From NCBI GenBank assembly GCA_943370295.1, contig CALRQL020000008.1, forward strand, positions 46,865-110,864: DNA of 64,000 nt, given 5' to 3'. The stretch's first letter is position 1, and every line of letters begins with the position of its first letter. Below, piece after piece: positions 9,476 through 19,398 of the stretch. The position numbers and the translations under genes are program-made. A model generated the notes under the pieces. That model saw only the letters and a list, made by a program, of their open reading frames with translations, searched no databases and was not told the origin of the DNA. This DNA is from Agrobacterium sp. 719_389. GTDB taxonomy: Bacteria > Bacteroidota > Bacteroidia > UBA8524.

Positions 9476-10924
9476 CTATTTCTTGTTGCGGATTAACTCC
9501 AAAACAGAATCCATTTCTGCATCCCTGTTGTTAAGCCAGTCGTCAATAGCAGGCTTAATGACGAAGTCAGGGCGCAATCCTTTTGTGTTTTGCTTGTCTA
9601 TGGGCATCTCATACCTAACCATTGGAATGGTAACGATGGCTTTTGTGTTAGGTAGAATAACTGTTCCCGTTACGCCGCTTGTGTTTCCTTTATAGCTTCC
9701 GCCTGCTTCTTCGCCCACAATAGTTCCCAGTTTGTAAGTACGCACAGCAGAGAGTACCTCTGTGCTGGTAGAAGCGCATTTGCCGTTGGTAATAAAAAAC
9801 ACGTTGCCCTTAAAATAATTGGAGCTGCTTTCCTGCAAGCCCAATACACTGTGGTTTTTCCATTTATAGCCCCCGTCTTCTTTTACAACTCCCTTGGGGA
9901 AGCCCTGAAAAGTTTCGGGAATGTTGTAGTTAATAAAATCAAACAACGTATCCGATGTAAGCCACTGGTTTTTACAATACACAAAAGGTTTAGGCGATAG
10001 GTAAGAGAGAAGATTCGCGCCATACTCACTGAGACCGCCGCCATTGTTGCGTAAGTCTATCACAAGGTTTTTGTATTCATTAACTCCGCTTAGCACAAAA
10101 AAACTATCCAAAAACCTGTTGTAATCAATCCCGGCATTGTCCATCAAATCTTTACGAAAGCTGCGTATGGTTAGCACCACCGTATTTAGCTCCTTGTTAA
10201 CAGAGCATTCAATGGGAGGTAGTTTTTTGTTTAAAGCATTCCGTTTAGTATCTAATTGTGTTTTAGTAATGCCCTTTACGATAGTGATATCGGCTTCCTC
10301 TTTGCCTTTTTGCAAGCAGGTAACTTCATATTGTGCCGAGCTTTCTTTAATGGCAAACGAGTAGTAGTAATAAAACCCTGTTTTGAGGACGTTTTTTATG
10401 CGCGATAAATTACCGCCATCAGAAGGAACGGCAAGGGATATTTGCTCAAAAATCTTGCTTATTGGGACTCCATCGATTTCCAGTATTTCTGTCCCAAAAT
10501 CTAAGATAGCATTATCACTATAATTTTGGTACACATAGTATTTTCCGTAGGCTTCAAATAAGTTAAAAGGCAGTAAAAGAGCGTTCTGTTGCCACCAGTT
10601 TTCATGGGCTTCAGAAAAATCTATCGAAGTATGCGAGCAGCCGATTGGAAAAGTAAGCAACATTGCTTTTCGCAAGAACTCAGTTTCAGTTAATGAGTCA
10701 CCGCGAAGTATGGTTTCTCTAATAGTTTCTTTCCAGTCGTCAAATTTATTTGTGTCAACGTGCCAATATAACCCGGGGTGTGCCTTCTCAAGAGCGGTTG
10801 ACATATAGTCAAAGTCTTGCACAAGTTGCCTTGCAGCAAATTTTTTATCGGGATTAAACGATTGGGATAAACCGGTTATGGTTACTAAGAATATCAGGTA
10901 TGATAAAAGAGCCTTTAACTTCAT
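9476..10924 (-). CDS. Secreted S41-family (tail-specific-like) peptidase
   Basis: LVIDLRNNGGG is present, with a signal peptide after the ATG at 10924. The track start at 10954 adds 10 aa. Confidence 0.7.
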   Translation of the reverse strand: MKLKALLSYLIFLVTITGLSQSFNPDKKFAARQLVQDFDYMSTALEKAHPGLYWHVDTNKFDDWKETIRETILRGDSLTETEFLRKAMLLTFPIGCSHTSIDFSEAHENWWQQNALLLPFNLFEAYGKYYVYQNYSDNAILDFGTEILEIDGVPISKIFEQISLAVPSDGGNLSRIKNVLKTGFYYYYSFAIKESSAQYEVTCLQKGKEEADITIVKGITKTQLDTKRNALNKKLPPIECSVNKELNTVVLTIRSFRKDLMDNAGIDYNRFLDSFFVLSGVNEYKNLVIDLRNNGGGLSEYGANLLSYLSPKPFVYCKNQWLTSDTLFDFINYNIPETFQGFPKGVVKEDGGYKWKNHSVLGLQESSSNYFKGNVFFITNGKCASTSTEVLSAVRTYKLGTIVGEEAGGSYKGNTSGVTGTVILPNTKAIVTIPMVRYEMPIDKQNTKGLRPDFVIKPAIDDWLNNRDAEMDSVLELIRNKK

Positions 10925-10988
10925 AAAACTATAATGCCGCTGTAATTTATACAATTACAACGGCATTCAGGTTCAAATAAGTTTTCTA

Positions 10989-12827
10989 TTATTCTACCGT
11001 AACTGATTTTGCAAGATTACGGGGTTGGTCAACGTTGCGTTCAAGCATTACGGCGATGTTGTAGGCCAACAGCTGTAGGGGAACAATAGCCAGTAATGGA
11101 AGGAAACATTCTTGGCAATCAGGGATGTAAATCACATGGTCGGCCATTGTTTTTATGTGGTCGTCGCCTTCAGTAGCAATAGCAATTACGCGGCCTTTAC
11201 GGGCTTTTACCTCTTGTATATTGCTCACTACTTTTTCGTAGTTGCTATGCTGTGTGGCAATTACTACCACAGGCATCTCTTCGTCAATCAGCGCAATAGG
11301 CCCGTGCTTCATTTCAGCAGCAGGGTAGCCTTCTGCGTGTATGTACGATATTTCTTTTAGTTTTAGCGCGCCTTCAAGAGCCACAGGGAAACCAAATCCA
11401 CGGCCTAAGTACAAGAAGTTTTTAGCGTCTTTAAACTCACCGGCAATGTATTTAATCTGTGCAGCGGTATTGTCAAGTATTTGCTGGATTTTATCGGGGA
11501 TAGTTTCCATCTCAAACGAGATTTTACGGAAATTTTCCTCGCTGATAGTGCCCTTACGTTTGGCAACCGCCAGTGCTATAAGAGTTAGTGCGGTAACCTG
11601 TGCAGTAAATGCTTTGGTAGATGCTACTCCAATTTCCGGGCCCGCGTGTGTATAGGCTCCTGCATCGGTAGTACGGGGAATTGATGAGCCTACTACGTTA
11701 CAGATACCAAAAATGGTTGCTCCGCGAGACTTGGCCAGCTCTATAGCGGCTAAAGTATCGGCTGTTTCACCCGATTGTGATACGGCAATTACAAAATCGC
11801 CTTCGCCTACAATAGGATTACGGTAACGGAATTCTGAAGCATATTCAACCTCAACGGGTATGCGGGCAACTTCTTCAAACAAATATTCGCCTACAATGCC
11901 TGCAATCCACGATGTGCCGCAGCCCACAATTATTATGCGCTTCAAGTTCACCAGCTTATCCATGTACTCGGTAACACCGGCCATGTGTATGCTGTTATCA
12001 GAAACGCTGATACGTCCGCGGAAACTATCGCGAATTGAGCGGGGCTGCTCGTAAATTTCTTTAATCATAAAGTGGTCGTAACCGCCTTTTTCAATTTGCT
12101 CAAGGTTCATCTCAAGCTCCTGTATGTAAGGGGTTTTTACCGCATTATCAATAGTTTTTATAGTTAGCTCATTGTTTTTAATAATGGCTATTTCGCTATC
12201 GTTCAGATAAATTACATTTTTGGTGTATTCAATCAAAGGAGCCGCGTCAGAAGCAATAAAGTGTTCATTATCTCCAATACCCAATACCATCGGGCTGCCT
12301 TTGCGTGCACCAATTAAAAAATTAGGCTCGTCTTTGTTCACAATAACAATAGCGTAGGCCCCAACCACTTCGCTAAGACCAAGACGAACAGCTTCTTCAA
12401 AAGGGCAATCTGTTTTTTGTTGAATTTCTTCGATAAGGTGTATCAATACCTCCGTATCGGTTTCGCTTTTAAACTCATGTCCGCGCGACATCAATTCTTT
12501 TTTCAGCGAAGAATAGTTTTCGATAATGCCATTGTGAATAATGGCCATGTTGCCTCTTTGCGAAACGTGAGGGTGGGCATTAACATCATTAGGCTCGCCG
12601 TGTGTGGCCCAGCGAGTATGACCTATACCAATATTACCTGTAATGTCCTCGTTCCTTACAGCCTCTTCAAGTTCACTTACCTTGCCTTTTTTCTTAAAAA
12701 TCTTAAGGTCGTGATTAAGCAGCGCTACCCCTGAGCTATCGTAGCCCCTGTACTCTAAGCGCTTTAGTCCTTTAATAAGGATAGGATAGGCCTCTCTGGG
12801 GCCTATATAACCAACAATACCACACAT
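10989..12827 (-). CDS. glmS: Glutamine--fructose-6-phosphate aminotransferase
   Basis: N-terminal MCGIVGYIG, two SIS domains, and a C-terminal ...LAKSVTVE in a 612-aa protein. Confidence 0.95.
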   Translation of the reverse strand: MCGIVGYIGPREAYPILIKGLKRLEYRGYDSSGVALLNHDLKIFKKKGKVSELEEAVRNEDITGNIGIGHTRWATHGEPNDVNAHPHVSQRGNMAIIHNGIIENYSSLKKELMSRGHEFKSETDTEVLIHLIEEIQQKTDCPFEEAVRLGLSEVVGAYAIVIVNKDEPNFLIGARKGSPMVLGIGDNEHFIASDAAPLIEYTKNVIYLNDSEIAIIKNNELTIKTIDNAVKTPYIQELEMNLEQIEKGGYDHFMIKEIYEQPRSIRDSFRGRISVSDNSIHMAGVTEYMDKLVNLKRIIIVGCGTSWIAGIVGEYLFEEVARIPVEVEYASEFRYRNPIVGEGDFVIAVSQSGETADTLAAIELAKSRGATIFGICNVVGSSIPRTTDAGAYTHAGPEIGVASTKAFTAQVTALTLIALAVAKRKGTISEENFRKISFEMETIPDKIQQILDNTAAQIKYIAGEFKDAKNFLYLGRGFGFPVALEGALKLKEISYIHAEGYPAAEMKHGPIALIDEEMPVVVIATQHSNYEKVVSNIQEVKARKGRVIAIATEGDDHIKTMADHVIYIPDCQECFLPLLAIVPLQLLAYNIAVMLERNVDQPRNLAKSVTVE

Positions 12828-12879
12828 AAAAATAACGAATTAAAAAACGATTAAAAGGTACTTTATTAACGCCCCTTTT

Positions 12880-13926
12880 TTAACGGGTGCGTAAATTTAC
12901 AGTTTGCATTTCAAAATCAAAAGGGCGGTTATTTAACCGGCTAATATTTCGCAATTGATGAAGTAGTTCTTCAAACTGCGAAAAGTTTACCGATTGATGC
13001 CCGTCTGATAGAGCATTATCTGGGTCGTTATGGGTTTCTACCATCAAACCGTCGCTGCCAACAGCTATTGCTGCAACCGACAACGGTGCAATAAGTTTTG
13101 AAAGCCCCGTTCCCTGGCTGGGGTCAACAATCACCGGCAAGTGCGAAAGCTCTTTTACCAGTGCAACAGCCGATAGGTCTAATGTATTCCTTGTAGCTGT
13201 TTCAAATGTACGAATTCCCCGTTCACACAATATTACTTTTTCGTTACCACCCAACAAAATGTGTTCGGCGGCAAGCAGCCACTCTTCAATAGTGGCGCTT
13301 AACCCGCGTTTTAATAAAACGGGTTTATCAACTTTTCCCAGCCCTTTCAAAAACTGGTAATTGTGCATATTACGTGTGCCTACCTGCAAAATATCGGCAT
13401 ATTCTAATACTTCATCCAGTAGTGAGTAGTCCAAAACCTCGGTCACCACCTTCATATCAAACTCATTAGCAACTTTGCGCAGCAATTCCAGCCCTTGTTT
13501 TTTCATTCCCTGAAAAGAGTAGGGAGAGGTGCGGGGCTTGTAAGCACCGCCGCGCAAAAACTTGATGCCGTTTTTTGAAAGAAACGAAGCAATATCATAC
13601 AATTGCTGCTCGCTTTCAACGGCGCAGGGTCCCGCTATCAATACCGGATATTCTCCGCCAATTTCAAGCGAACCTGTTTTAATCACAGTAGGATTCTTTT
13701 TCCATTTGCGGCTGGCAAGCTGGTAAGAAGTTCCAATCTGGGTGATTTTTGAAACCGTTTTAAGGCTTTGCAAATATTGTATTTGTGTATCGTTAATGTA
13801 TGAAACAATAACGTATACTGGGTTTGAAGGAATGGGGGCAAAATGGTATGTAAGCCCTTCTGCCTTCAAAAAGTCTTCAACGGTTGGGCAGCCTTCTGCC
13901 AAATGATTACTTAATTCTACTAACAC
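12880..13926 (-). CDS. 3-deoxy-7-phosphoheptulonate (DAHP) synthase, type I-beta with N-terminal regulatory domain
   Basis: LIAGPCAVESEQQ, GAYKPRTSPYSFQG and VIVDPSQ motifs are present. Confidence 0.75.
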   Translation of the reverse strand: MLVELSNHLAEGCPTVEDFLKAEGLTYHFAPIPSNPVYVIVSYINDTQIQYLQSLKTVSKITQIGTSYQLASRKWKKNPTVIKTGSLEIGGEYPVLIAGPCAVESEQQLYDIASFLSKNGIKFLRGGAYKPRTSPYSFQGMKKQGLELLRKVANEFDMKVVTEVLDYSLLDEVLEYADILQVGTRNMHNYQFLKGLGKVDKPVLLKRGLSATIEEWLLAAEHILLGGNEKVILCERGIRTFETATRNTLDLSAVALVKELSHLPVIVDPSQGTGLSKLIAPLSVAAIAVGSDGLMVETHNDPDNALSDGHQSVNFSQFEELLHQLRNISRLNNRPFDFEMQTVNLRTR

Positions 13927-15255
13927 TTATCGTACTTTTATAACGTGCAGCCTTAGCTTTATGCCCCTTTCAATACCTTTACGGGTATCCAACGTTAGGT
14001 GGCCTGCGCTAATAGGATTGTCAGAGGGTATCCTCAAATAAAAACCCTTGTTATAGTTTATACCGTAGTTGCGGTTTTCGTTCACTACGTATTGCAGGTG
14101 TCTTGGAATATTAAAGGTGTACTGCTGCCTGTCGCTATTGTATTTCCCGTCAAACAAATCCGCTTCGCTGATTGCATCAGCTACTAACGAAACCGCATCA
14201 GTCGAATCGCGAAATAGCAACAACAGTCGTTTTGGTGCATCAAATCCCGCGCCAATTCCTAACGCATTTGAAGAAACAGTTAAATTTGCCCCAACAATCG
14301 CATACCGGCTGTCTTTTGCAAAATTGTCAAGTCCCGGAATTTGAATCAAAACACGGGTTCCGGCCATCGATTGCAAATAACATTCATCGTAGTTAGCACC
14401 TACGGTAAATTGTGTTTGTGCGTTGGTGCCTGCAAAGTTGTGGTTAAATAAATTGGCAAAAGCCGAGTTGTCTTTACTTATCGGAAACAGCACTTGCTGT
14501 GTATCATTATAGTAAACACGTATACCCGAAATGCCCGAAGTAAGGTTCATGTAAGCAACAGCACCGTCGTTTTGCGGCAATGTGCTGTTATCAGCCTCTA
14601 CACGAATACCCCTTATAAAATCCTGAAAAGCGGTATTGGTAGCAAAGTTGCTGGCCGTTCCGTTTATAATTTTTGTGCCAAAGGTTGCATTATCCAACTT
14701 TAAACGCAGTTGGGGAGCCTCTTTGGTAGTAGTTCCGTTAAAAGTAATACTCACACTATCTTTAACATTTAAGTTGGTAGAAAGTGTGGCAATGGGGGCA
14801 GGATTGTAAAGAATATTTCTTCGCGAATAGTATTGTGAGTCGGGACTTAAAACCTCGCTCACTTCATATGCTTTTAAAGTGATGGGAGTATTGGGGTTTC
14901 CCTGAAAGTTGTCTTCGCCAGAATACGACATAACTAAGAACACCGAATCAATAGTGCTGCCTGCCGGAAACGTAAAGTTGCTGGATGATGGGAGCGTGAA
15001 GTTAACAGCAATGCCTGCGGTTGATTTTCCGTAAACTGTGCTGTTAAGTGCACCCAAAATCTGCAGCGATAGGTTGCTGGTGGCAAACGAATCTTCGGGC
15101 AGGGTACGCGTATAAAGAGTAAAGGTATCAATAACCATTACCTGTGGGCTGGTTCCTGTGTTTAGCCCTAATTTTTCCTCGTCGCTTTTGCACGAAAAAA
15201 GGGTGATGGCGCAGATGAGCGCCGCCACCCCCCAATAAAATCCTGTTTTTTTCAA
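13927..15255 (-). CDS. DUF4270-like lipoprotein
   Basis: Lipobox LFSC is present in a beta-rich 442-aa protein. Its position between a short glycogen-synthase-like gene and downstream genes is as commonly seen in Bacteroidota. Confidence 0.5.
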   Translation of the reverse strand: MKKTGFYWGVAALICAITLFSCKSDEEKLGLNTGTSPQVMVIDTFTLYTRTLPEDSFATSNLSLQILGALNSTVYGKSTAGIAVNFTLPSSSNFTFPAGSTIDSVFLVMSYSGEDNFQGNPNTPITLKAYEVSEVLSPDSQYYSRRNILYNPAPIATLSTNLNVKDSVSITFNGTTTKEAPQLRLKLDNATFGTKIINGTASNFATNTAFQDFIRGIRVEADNSTLPQNDGAVAYMNLTSGISGIRVYYNDTQQVLFPISKDNSAFANLFNHNFAGTNAQTQFTVGANYDECYLQSMAGTRVLIQIPGLDNFAKDSRYAIVGANLTVSSNALGIGAGFDAPKRLLLLFRDSTDAVSLVADAISEADLFDGKYNSDRQQYTFNIPRHLQYVVNENRNYGINYNKGFYLRIPSDNPISAGHLTLDTRKGIERGIKLRLHVIKVR

Positions 15256-15258
15256 GTG

Positions 15259-16077
15259 TTAATTGTTACTTGATAATATTTCGTCGTAAAAACGTAAATA
15301 ATTGTCTGCATATTGTTGGTCATCGTCGTGGGTTAGCACGGGTCTTTCCAACTTGCTAATGGTGTTTTCCACCTCTGGGTCAATATTACCTCCGGCCCTA
15401 ACTACAGCATCAGCATGTGTAATAGCACCAAGGTATAGGCCGTTGCATGAGCCGTTATCATAACAGGCCATTTGCTCAGGTTCAATATTGTTAAGGCTGG
15501 CTTTGCGGGCGAAATCTTCGCCTAGATTTTCCTGAAATTCTTTTTCAAAAATGCTGTAAATAACTTTTGAGTTTTTAAATACAGGCTCGTTTTTGTAAAT
15601 AGTTTTCAGGTAAAGAGGAATAAGACTGGTCATCCAGCCTTGGCAGTGAATAATGTCGGGAGCCCAACCTAATTTTTTAACGGTTTCAAGGGCACCTTTA
15701 CAAAAAAAGATGGTGCGCTCATCGTTATCAGGGAAAAACTGGTTTTCCTCGTTATGATAAAGCGCTTTGCGGTGAAAGTACTCTTCGTTGTCTAGAAAAT
15801 ACACTTGCATTTTGGCATCGGGTAGAGAGGCTACCTTGATAATCAACGGGTTGTCGTTATCGTCGATGGTGATGTTGATGCCCGAGAGGCGTACTACCTC
15901 GTGCAAGCGGTTGCGGCGCTCATTAATCAAGCCAAAACGAGGGACAAGAACCCTAATTTCGTTGTCTTTTTCTTGAATGGCTTGTGGAAGCAGGCGTGCA
16001 ATTTCTGAGACTGATGATGTGCTTGTCAGAAAAGGGCTCATTTCTGATGAAACGAACAGAACTTTTTTTCTTCCCAT
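15259..16077 (-). CDS. Glycogen/starch-synthase-like protein (GT5 N-terminal domain only)
   Basis: KVLFVSSEMSPF and IIHCQGWMTSLIPLY are present. The ATG at 16077 is preferred over the track start at 16101. Confidence 0.65.
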   Translation of the reverse strand: MGRKKVLFVSSEMSPFLTSTSSVSEIARLLPQAIQEKDNEIRVLVPRFGLINERRNRLHEVVRLSGINITIDDNDNPLIIKVASLPDAKMQVYFLDNEEYFHRKALYHNEENQFFPDNDERTIFFCKGALETVKKLGWAPDIIHCQGWMTSLIPLYLKTIYKNEPVFKNSKVIYSIFEKEFQENLGEDFARKASLNNIEPEQMACYDNGSCNGLYLGAITHADAVVRAGGNIDPEVENTISKLERPVLTHDDDQQYADNYLRFYDEILSSNN

Positions 16078-16098
16078 ATTGCAGTAAAAATGTGTTTG

Positions 16099-16106
16099 CA
16101 AAGTTA
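16099..16106 (-). promoter_or_regulatory. Bacteroidota -7 box (TAnnTTTG) for the glycogen-synthase-like operon
   Basis: The minus strand reads TAACTTTG, 21 nt upstream of the ATG at 16077. Confidence 0.35.
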
Positions 16107-16164
16107 CTTAAAATAATCCAATATTGCCAATTTTCCACAAAATGATGTTAATAGCTGTAAGTGC

Positions 16165-17010
16165 GTGATTATCTTTACTAAAATATCTCAAATCAATAAA
16201 TTTTTAACCGGTATCGCGCAAAAAGGCAGCAGTATTGGCTTTGTTCCTACCATGGGTGCTTTGCACGAGGGGCATCTTACTTTAATCAGAAAGGCTAACG
16301 ATGAAAATGATGTTTCAGTATGCAGCATTTTTGTGAACCCTACGCAGTTTAATAACCCCGAAGACCTTAAAAAATATCCCCGCCTGATTGAAAAAGACAT
16401 TTTGCTGCTTGAAAAAAGCGGTTGTGATGTGCTTTTTTATCCCAATGCCGACGAGATGTACGCAAAGGATGAGGGCCTGCTAAACGTAGATTTATTGGGC
16501 ATTGATAAACGGCTGGAAGGCGAACACCGCCCCGGCCATTTTAAAGGGGTAGCCACTATTGTAAAAAAGTTGTTTGATGCAGTAGCTCCCCACAAAGCCT
16601 ATTTTGGTCAAAAGGATTATCAGCAGGTGCTGGTGGTGAAAACTATGGTGAAGCAACTGAACGTGCCGATTGAAATTATTGCGGTGCCAACGGTGAGGGA
16701 GGAAAGCGGACTGGCTATGAGCTCACGGAATTTGAGGTTGACGGATGAGGAAAGAGAGAATGCTGCCGAAATATACAGGGTGTTGGTGTGGGCAAAAGAA
16801 CACCTTACCACGCTGGAAGCCGGTGAGATTGAAAAAGTAGGAGGGGAGATGCTGGCAAAAATTCCCGGTGCTGCGGTTGAATATTTTGAACTGGCGGACG
16901 GTGAAACCCTTGTCCCGCTGGTTGAATATAGTACGGGTAAAAAAGTGGTAGCATTAACCGCCGTTCAGGTGGGTGCTGTGCGGCTTATTGATAATATGGA
17001 GCTTGCTTAA
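16165..17010 (+). CDS. panC: Pantoate--beta-alanine ligase
   Basis: VPTMGALHEGHLTLI (HxGH), GQKDYQQ and SSRN are present. GTG start. Confidence 0.9.
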   Translation: MIIFTKISQINKFLTGIAQKGSSIGFVPTMGALHEGHLTLIRKANDENDVSVCSIFVNPTQFNNPEDLKKYPRLIEKDILLLEKSGCDVLFYPNADEMYAKDEGLLNVDLLGIDKRLEGEHRPGHFKGVATIVKKLFDAVAPHKAYFGQKDYQQVLVVKTMVKQLNVPIEIIAVPTVREESGLAMSSRNLRLTDEERENAAEIYRVLVWAKEHLTTLEAGEIEKVGGEMLAKIPGAAVEYFELADGETLVPLVEYSTGKKVVALTAVQVGAVRLIDNMELA

Positions 17011-17474
17011 AATTCTTTAAAAAGGCCGGAGATTAAAAACTCCATAAAGTACCAACGCCCGTTGTGCCGCAATGCAGCTATTGTAATAGCAGCCGTTTTG
17101 CTGCCGGTGCTTGTATAAAAAGTGATGCCCCATGGGCCTTCGTAGCTTTCCCATGGGTTTTCTGCCTCCAAACTATCATAGTGTAGTTGTTTCAAGTCAA
17201 CTTTTTTCTCCTTAGCGGTTAAAAGTATTTCTTCAAAATCATTTTTCAGTTTCAGGCTACCGCTGGTTTTTTCCAATATTTGCTCATCAGTAAACGTTTT
17301 TGCCTCCGGATAAACCGCCCTGTATACCTCGGGAGAGGCGACCAGCTTTTTCAGGTCTTCAATGTTGCCGCTTTGCAGGGCTTGCAAAACTCCTTTACTC
17401 AACGCTGCAGAATCTTGGGCGTTGGCGGCAATCAAACTAAACAGCGATACAGCGGTTAAAAACAGTTTTTTCAT
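17007..17474 (-). CDS. Hypothetical secreted protein
   Basis: Signal peptide MKKLFLTAVSLFSLIAANA. It overlaps neighbours by 1-4 nt. Confidence 0.5.
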   Translation of the reverse strand: MKKLFLTAVSLFSLIAANAQDSAALSKGVLQALQSGNIEDLKKLVASPEVYRAVYPEAKTFTDEQILEKTSGSLKLKNDFEEILLTAKEKKVDLKQLHYDSLEAENPWESYEGPWGITFYTSTGSKTAAITIAALRHNGRWYFMEFLISGLFKEF

Positions 17475-18877
17475 TAGTTTAACTTGTTTTTAAGAATTTT
17501 ATCAAGGTTTTGAGCATCAATCCGTTTGTATAAGATGGTTTTATTTTCATCAAGCACAATAATGGTGGGTGTAGTTCTTGCGTCAAAATCGTTTTTTACA
17601 TCGGTAAGCACATCACTTATGTGCAGGTTTATCCAAGCTATGCCTTCATCAGCACTGTATTTTTGCCATTTTTCTTTATCGGCGCCCAACTCTACAGAGT
17701 ACACCACAAACCCAAAGTCTTTGTATGCTTCATAAATGTTTTTAATTTCCTTCACTTCTCGTTTGCAATGGCCGCAATCGGCTTCCCAAATTAGTAAGGC
17801 AATGTACTTTGCCTTTACATTGTATAGCGAAGGGGTAGCATAAGTTTCCGTTTTGGCTTTTATGTCTGCTGCTTTTTGGCCGCATAGGCAGGCAGACAGG
17901 CTGTTTGCATTATCAACTATCTTTTTTTGGTTTTCAGCCTCTACCCAATCGGCCAAACCTGTTTCGTAGTATTTTTTCGCCAGTTTCACATAAACAGCAT
18001 CAAAGCAAACGGTTTTGGAAGCTGCGTAGTAGTTTAAAAACCAAGTAACGTTGTATTTAAAAAACTCACGGTTATTTTTTCCAAGTTGTATAATGTAATC
18101 AGCTGATGCAAACGCAGAATCGTAATGAGATACCGTTAGGTTTTCCATGTATTCCGTGATTCGTTGGTGATAGACGGGAGAATACAGCAAACCGGAAAAA
18201 TTAAAATCAAAATCGCCCCAAAAAAGATTGCGGTAATAATAAAACCGGTCGTTGTTATCAGTAATAGTTTCAGGAATGGAAGGCCTGCGCGCGGCCAACA
18301 ACAGTTTTGAAAGCATTTTACCCTTAAAATCAGCAATTATCTTATTTTGAAAAGTTTCTACTTCTGCGTCAAGTGCTGCCAGTTTTTTATCAATATCATC
18401 GGCATCGGCCTTTTTGGCCGGATTTTTAAGATATATTTCCTTCAGTGTGTTTAATGGTTCTGCTTCTTCCTTTTTTTGCTTAATAAATAAGTTATACTCA
18501 AAAAGCCGACTGTTTTGCGGCGATTTTTCAGCCGTTAAAGTCTCTGTGTATTTAGCCGCAGAAAGGGTTTTATCAGCAACATAGTCGGCCTTTATTGTAA
18601 AAAACTGTTCCTCCACTATAATTTCAAAGTAGGTTTCGTTTTCTAAAAAAATGATATAAACACCAGTAGGCAGGGCTGTGTCGCCTTTAAACTCTATTTG
18701 GCCTTTATCGTCGGTAATGCCTTCTTGTTTAATGTATTGCTTATCGCCATAGTAATAGGCAAGCTTTATATTGCCCGACGGAAATCCGTTAAGTTTAACT
18801 TTTATGTTATAGGCCTCTTTTGCCCAAGAAAAGCTAAATAAACTAATGAAAACCCAAAATAGCAGGTGTTTTTTCAT
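17474..18877 (-). CDS. Secreted thioredoxin-fold (TlpA/AhpC-like) protein with N-terminal beta domain
   Basis: A signal peptide and a C-terminal WEADCGHCKRE (CxxC) thioredoxin-like domain are present. Confidence 0.6.
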   Translation of the reverse strand: MKKHLLFWVFISLFSFSWAKEAYNIKVKLNGFPSGNIKLAYYYGDKQYIKQEGITDDKGQIEFKGDTALPTGVYIIFLENETYFEIIVEEQFFTIKADYVADKTLSAAKYTETLTAEKSPQNSRLFEYNLFIKQKKEEAEPLNTLKEIYLKNPAKKADADDIDKKLAALDAEVETFQNKIIADFKGKMLSKLLLAARRPSIPETITDNNDRFYYYRNLFWGDFDFNFSGLLYSPVYHQRITEYMENLTVSHYDSAFASADYIIQLGKNNREFFKYNVTWFLNYYAASKTVCFDAVYVKLAKKYYETGLADWVEAENQKKIVDNANSLSACLCGQKAADIKAKTETYATPSLYNVKAKYIALLIWEADCGHCKREVKEIKNIYEAYKDFGFVVYSVELGADKEKWQKYSADEGIAWINLHISDVLTDVKNDFDARTTPTIIVLDENKTILYKRIDAQNLDKILKNKLN

Positions 18878-18939
18878 ACTGACAAATTACAAAAAAGTTT
18901 AATGCTTCCTATTGCCAAAAAGTAAAAGGTGTTTGGCGT

Positions 18940-19310
18940 TTAACTCGCTCCCCTCTGCAAGGGAAGGAAAACAGGGTTCTTCCCGCATCCTGTCATTAAC
19001 GCCTGCGCGGGAATCTCAGTTTCGACCACTCTAACCCATCGGGAATAAATCCCGAGTTATTTATCATGGCGGCAGGTCTGCGTGCCTGTCGCAGAAGGAC
19101 CCCTACCCGATTATTCATTAGCCCGACGTTCAAATAGTCGGCTTCCCCTGTAGGGGAAGGAAAAGTTGATAGACAGCCAGCAAAACATTAAGTCAGGAAG
19201 GGGTCACGGTCCTGCGCGCGGCTTCCCTCCTACTAAGGAGGGACTGAGGGAGGTGTAATTAGCTCCAACCTATGGGAACAAATCCCGACGCTATTGTCGC
19301 AAAGCAGATA
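18940..19310 (+). repeat. Mosaic hairpin-module intergenic repeat, locus A (degenerate P module, truncated core, T module, extra hairpins)
   Basis: Components: degenerate P at 18990-19020, core at 19037-19092 (lacks the middle hairpin), T module at 19099-19160, CCCTCC-TACTAA-GGAGGG hairpin near 19225-19242, and a second decayed core fragment at 19270-19300. Confidence 0.8.
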
Positions 19311-19368
19311 TTGAGAAAGGGGTTAAAACACAGTAAGCAAATAGTTAGGAAGGGGTAACGCAAATTCA

Positions 19369-19376
19369 TATTTTTG
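19369..19376 (+). promoter_or_regulatory. Bacteroidota -7 box (TAnnTTTG) for the aminopeptidase gene
   Basis: TATTTTTG lies 22 nt upstream of the ATG at 19399. Confidence 0.35.
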
Positions 19377-19398
19377 CTCAATACACAACTCTAACCGC

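Noticed and set aside
12828-12879. cis-regulatory RNAs might lie upstream of glmS (ribozyme), serS (T-box, 62304-62478) or pnuC (NAD-related riboswitch, 56875-56940).
   Set aside because: The leaders are too short (about 50-65 nt for glmS and pnuC) or lack the conserved cores of these RNAs. The pnuC spacer is occupied by the upstream gene's terminator.
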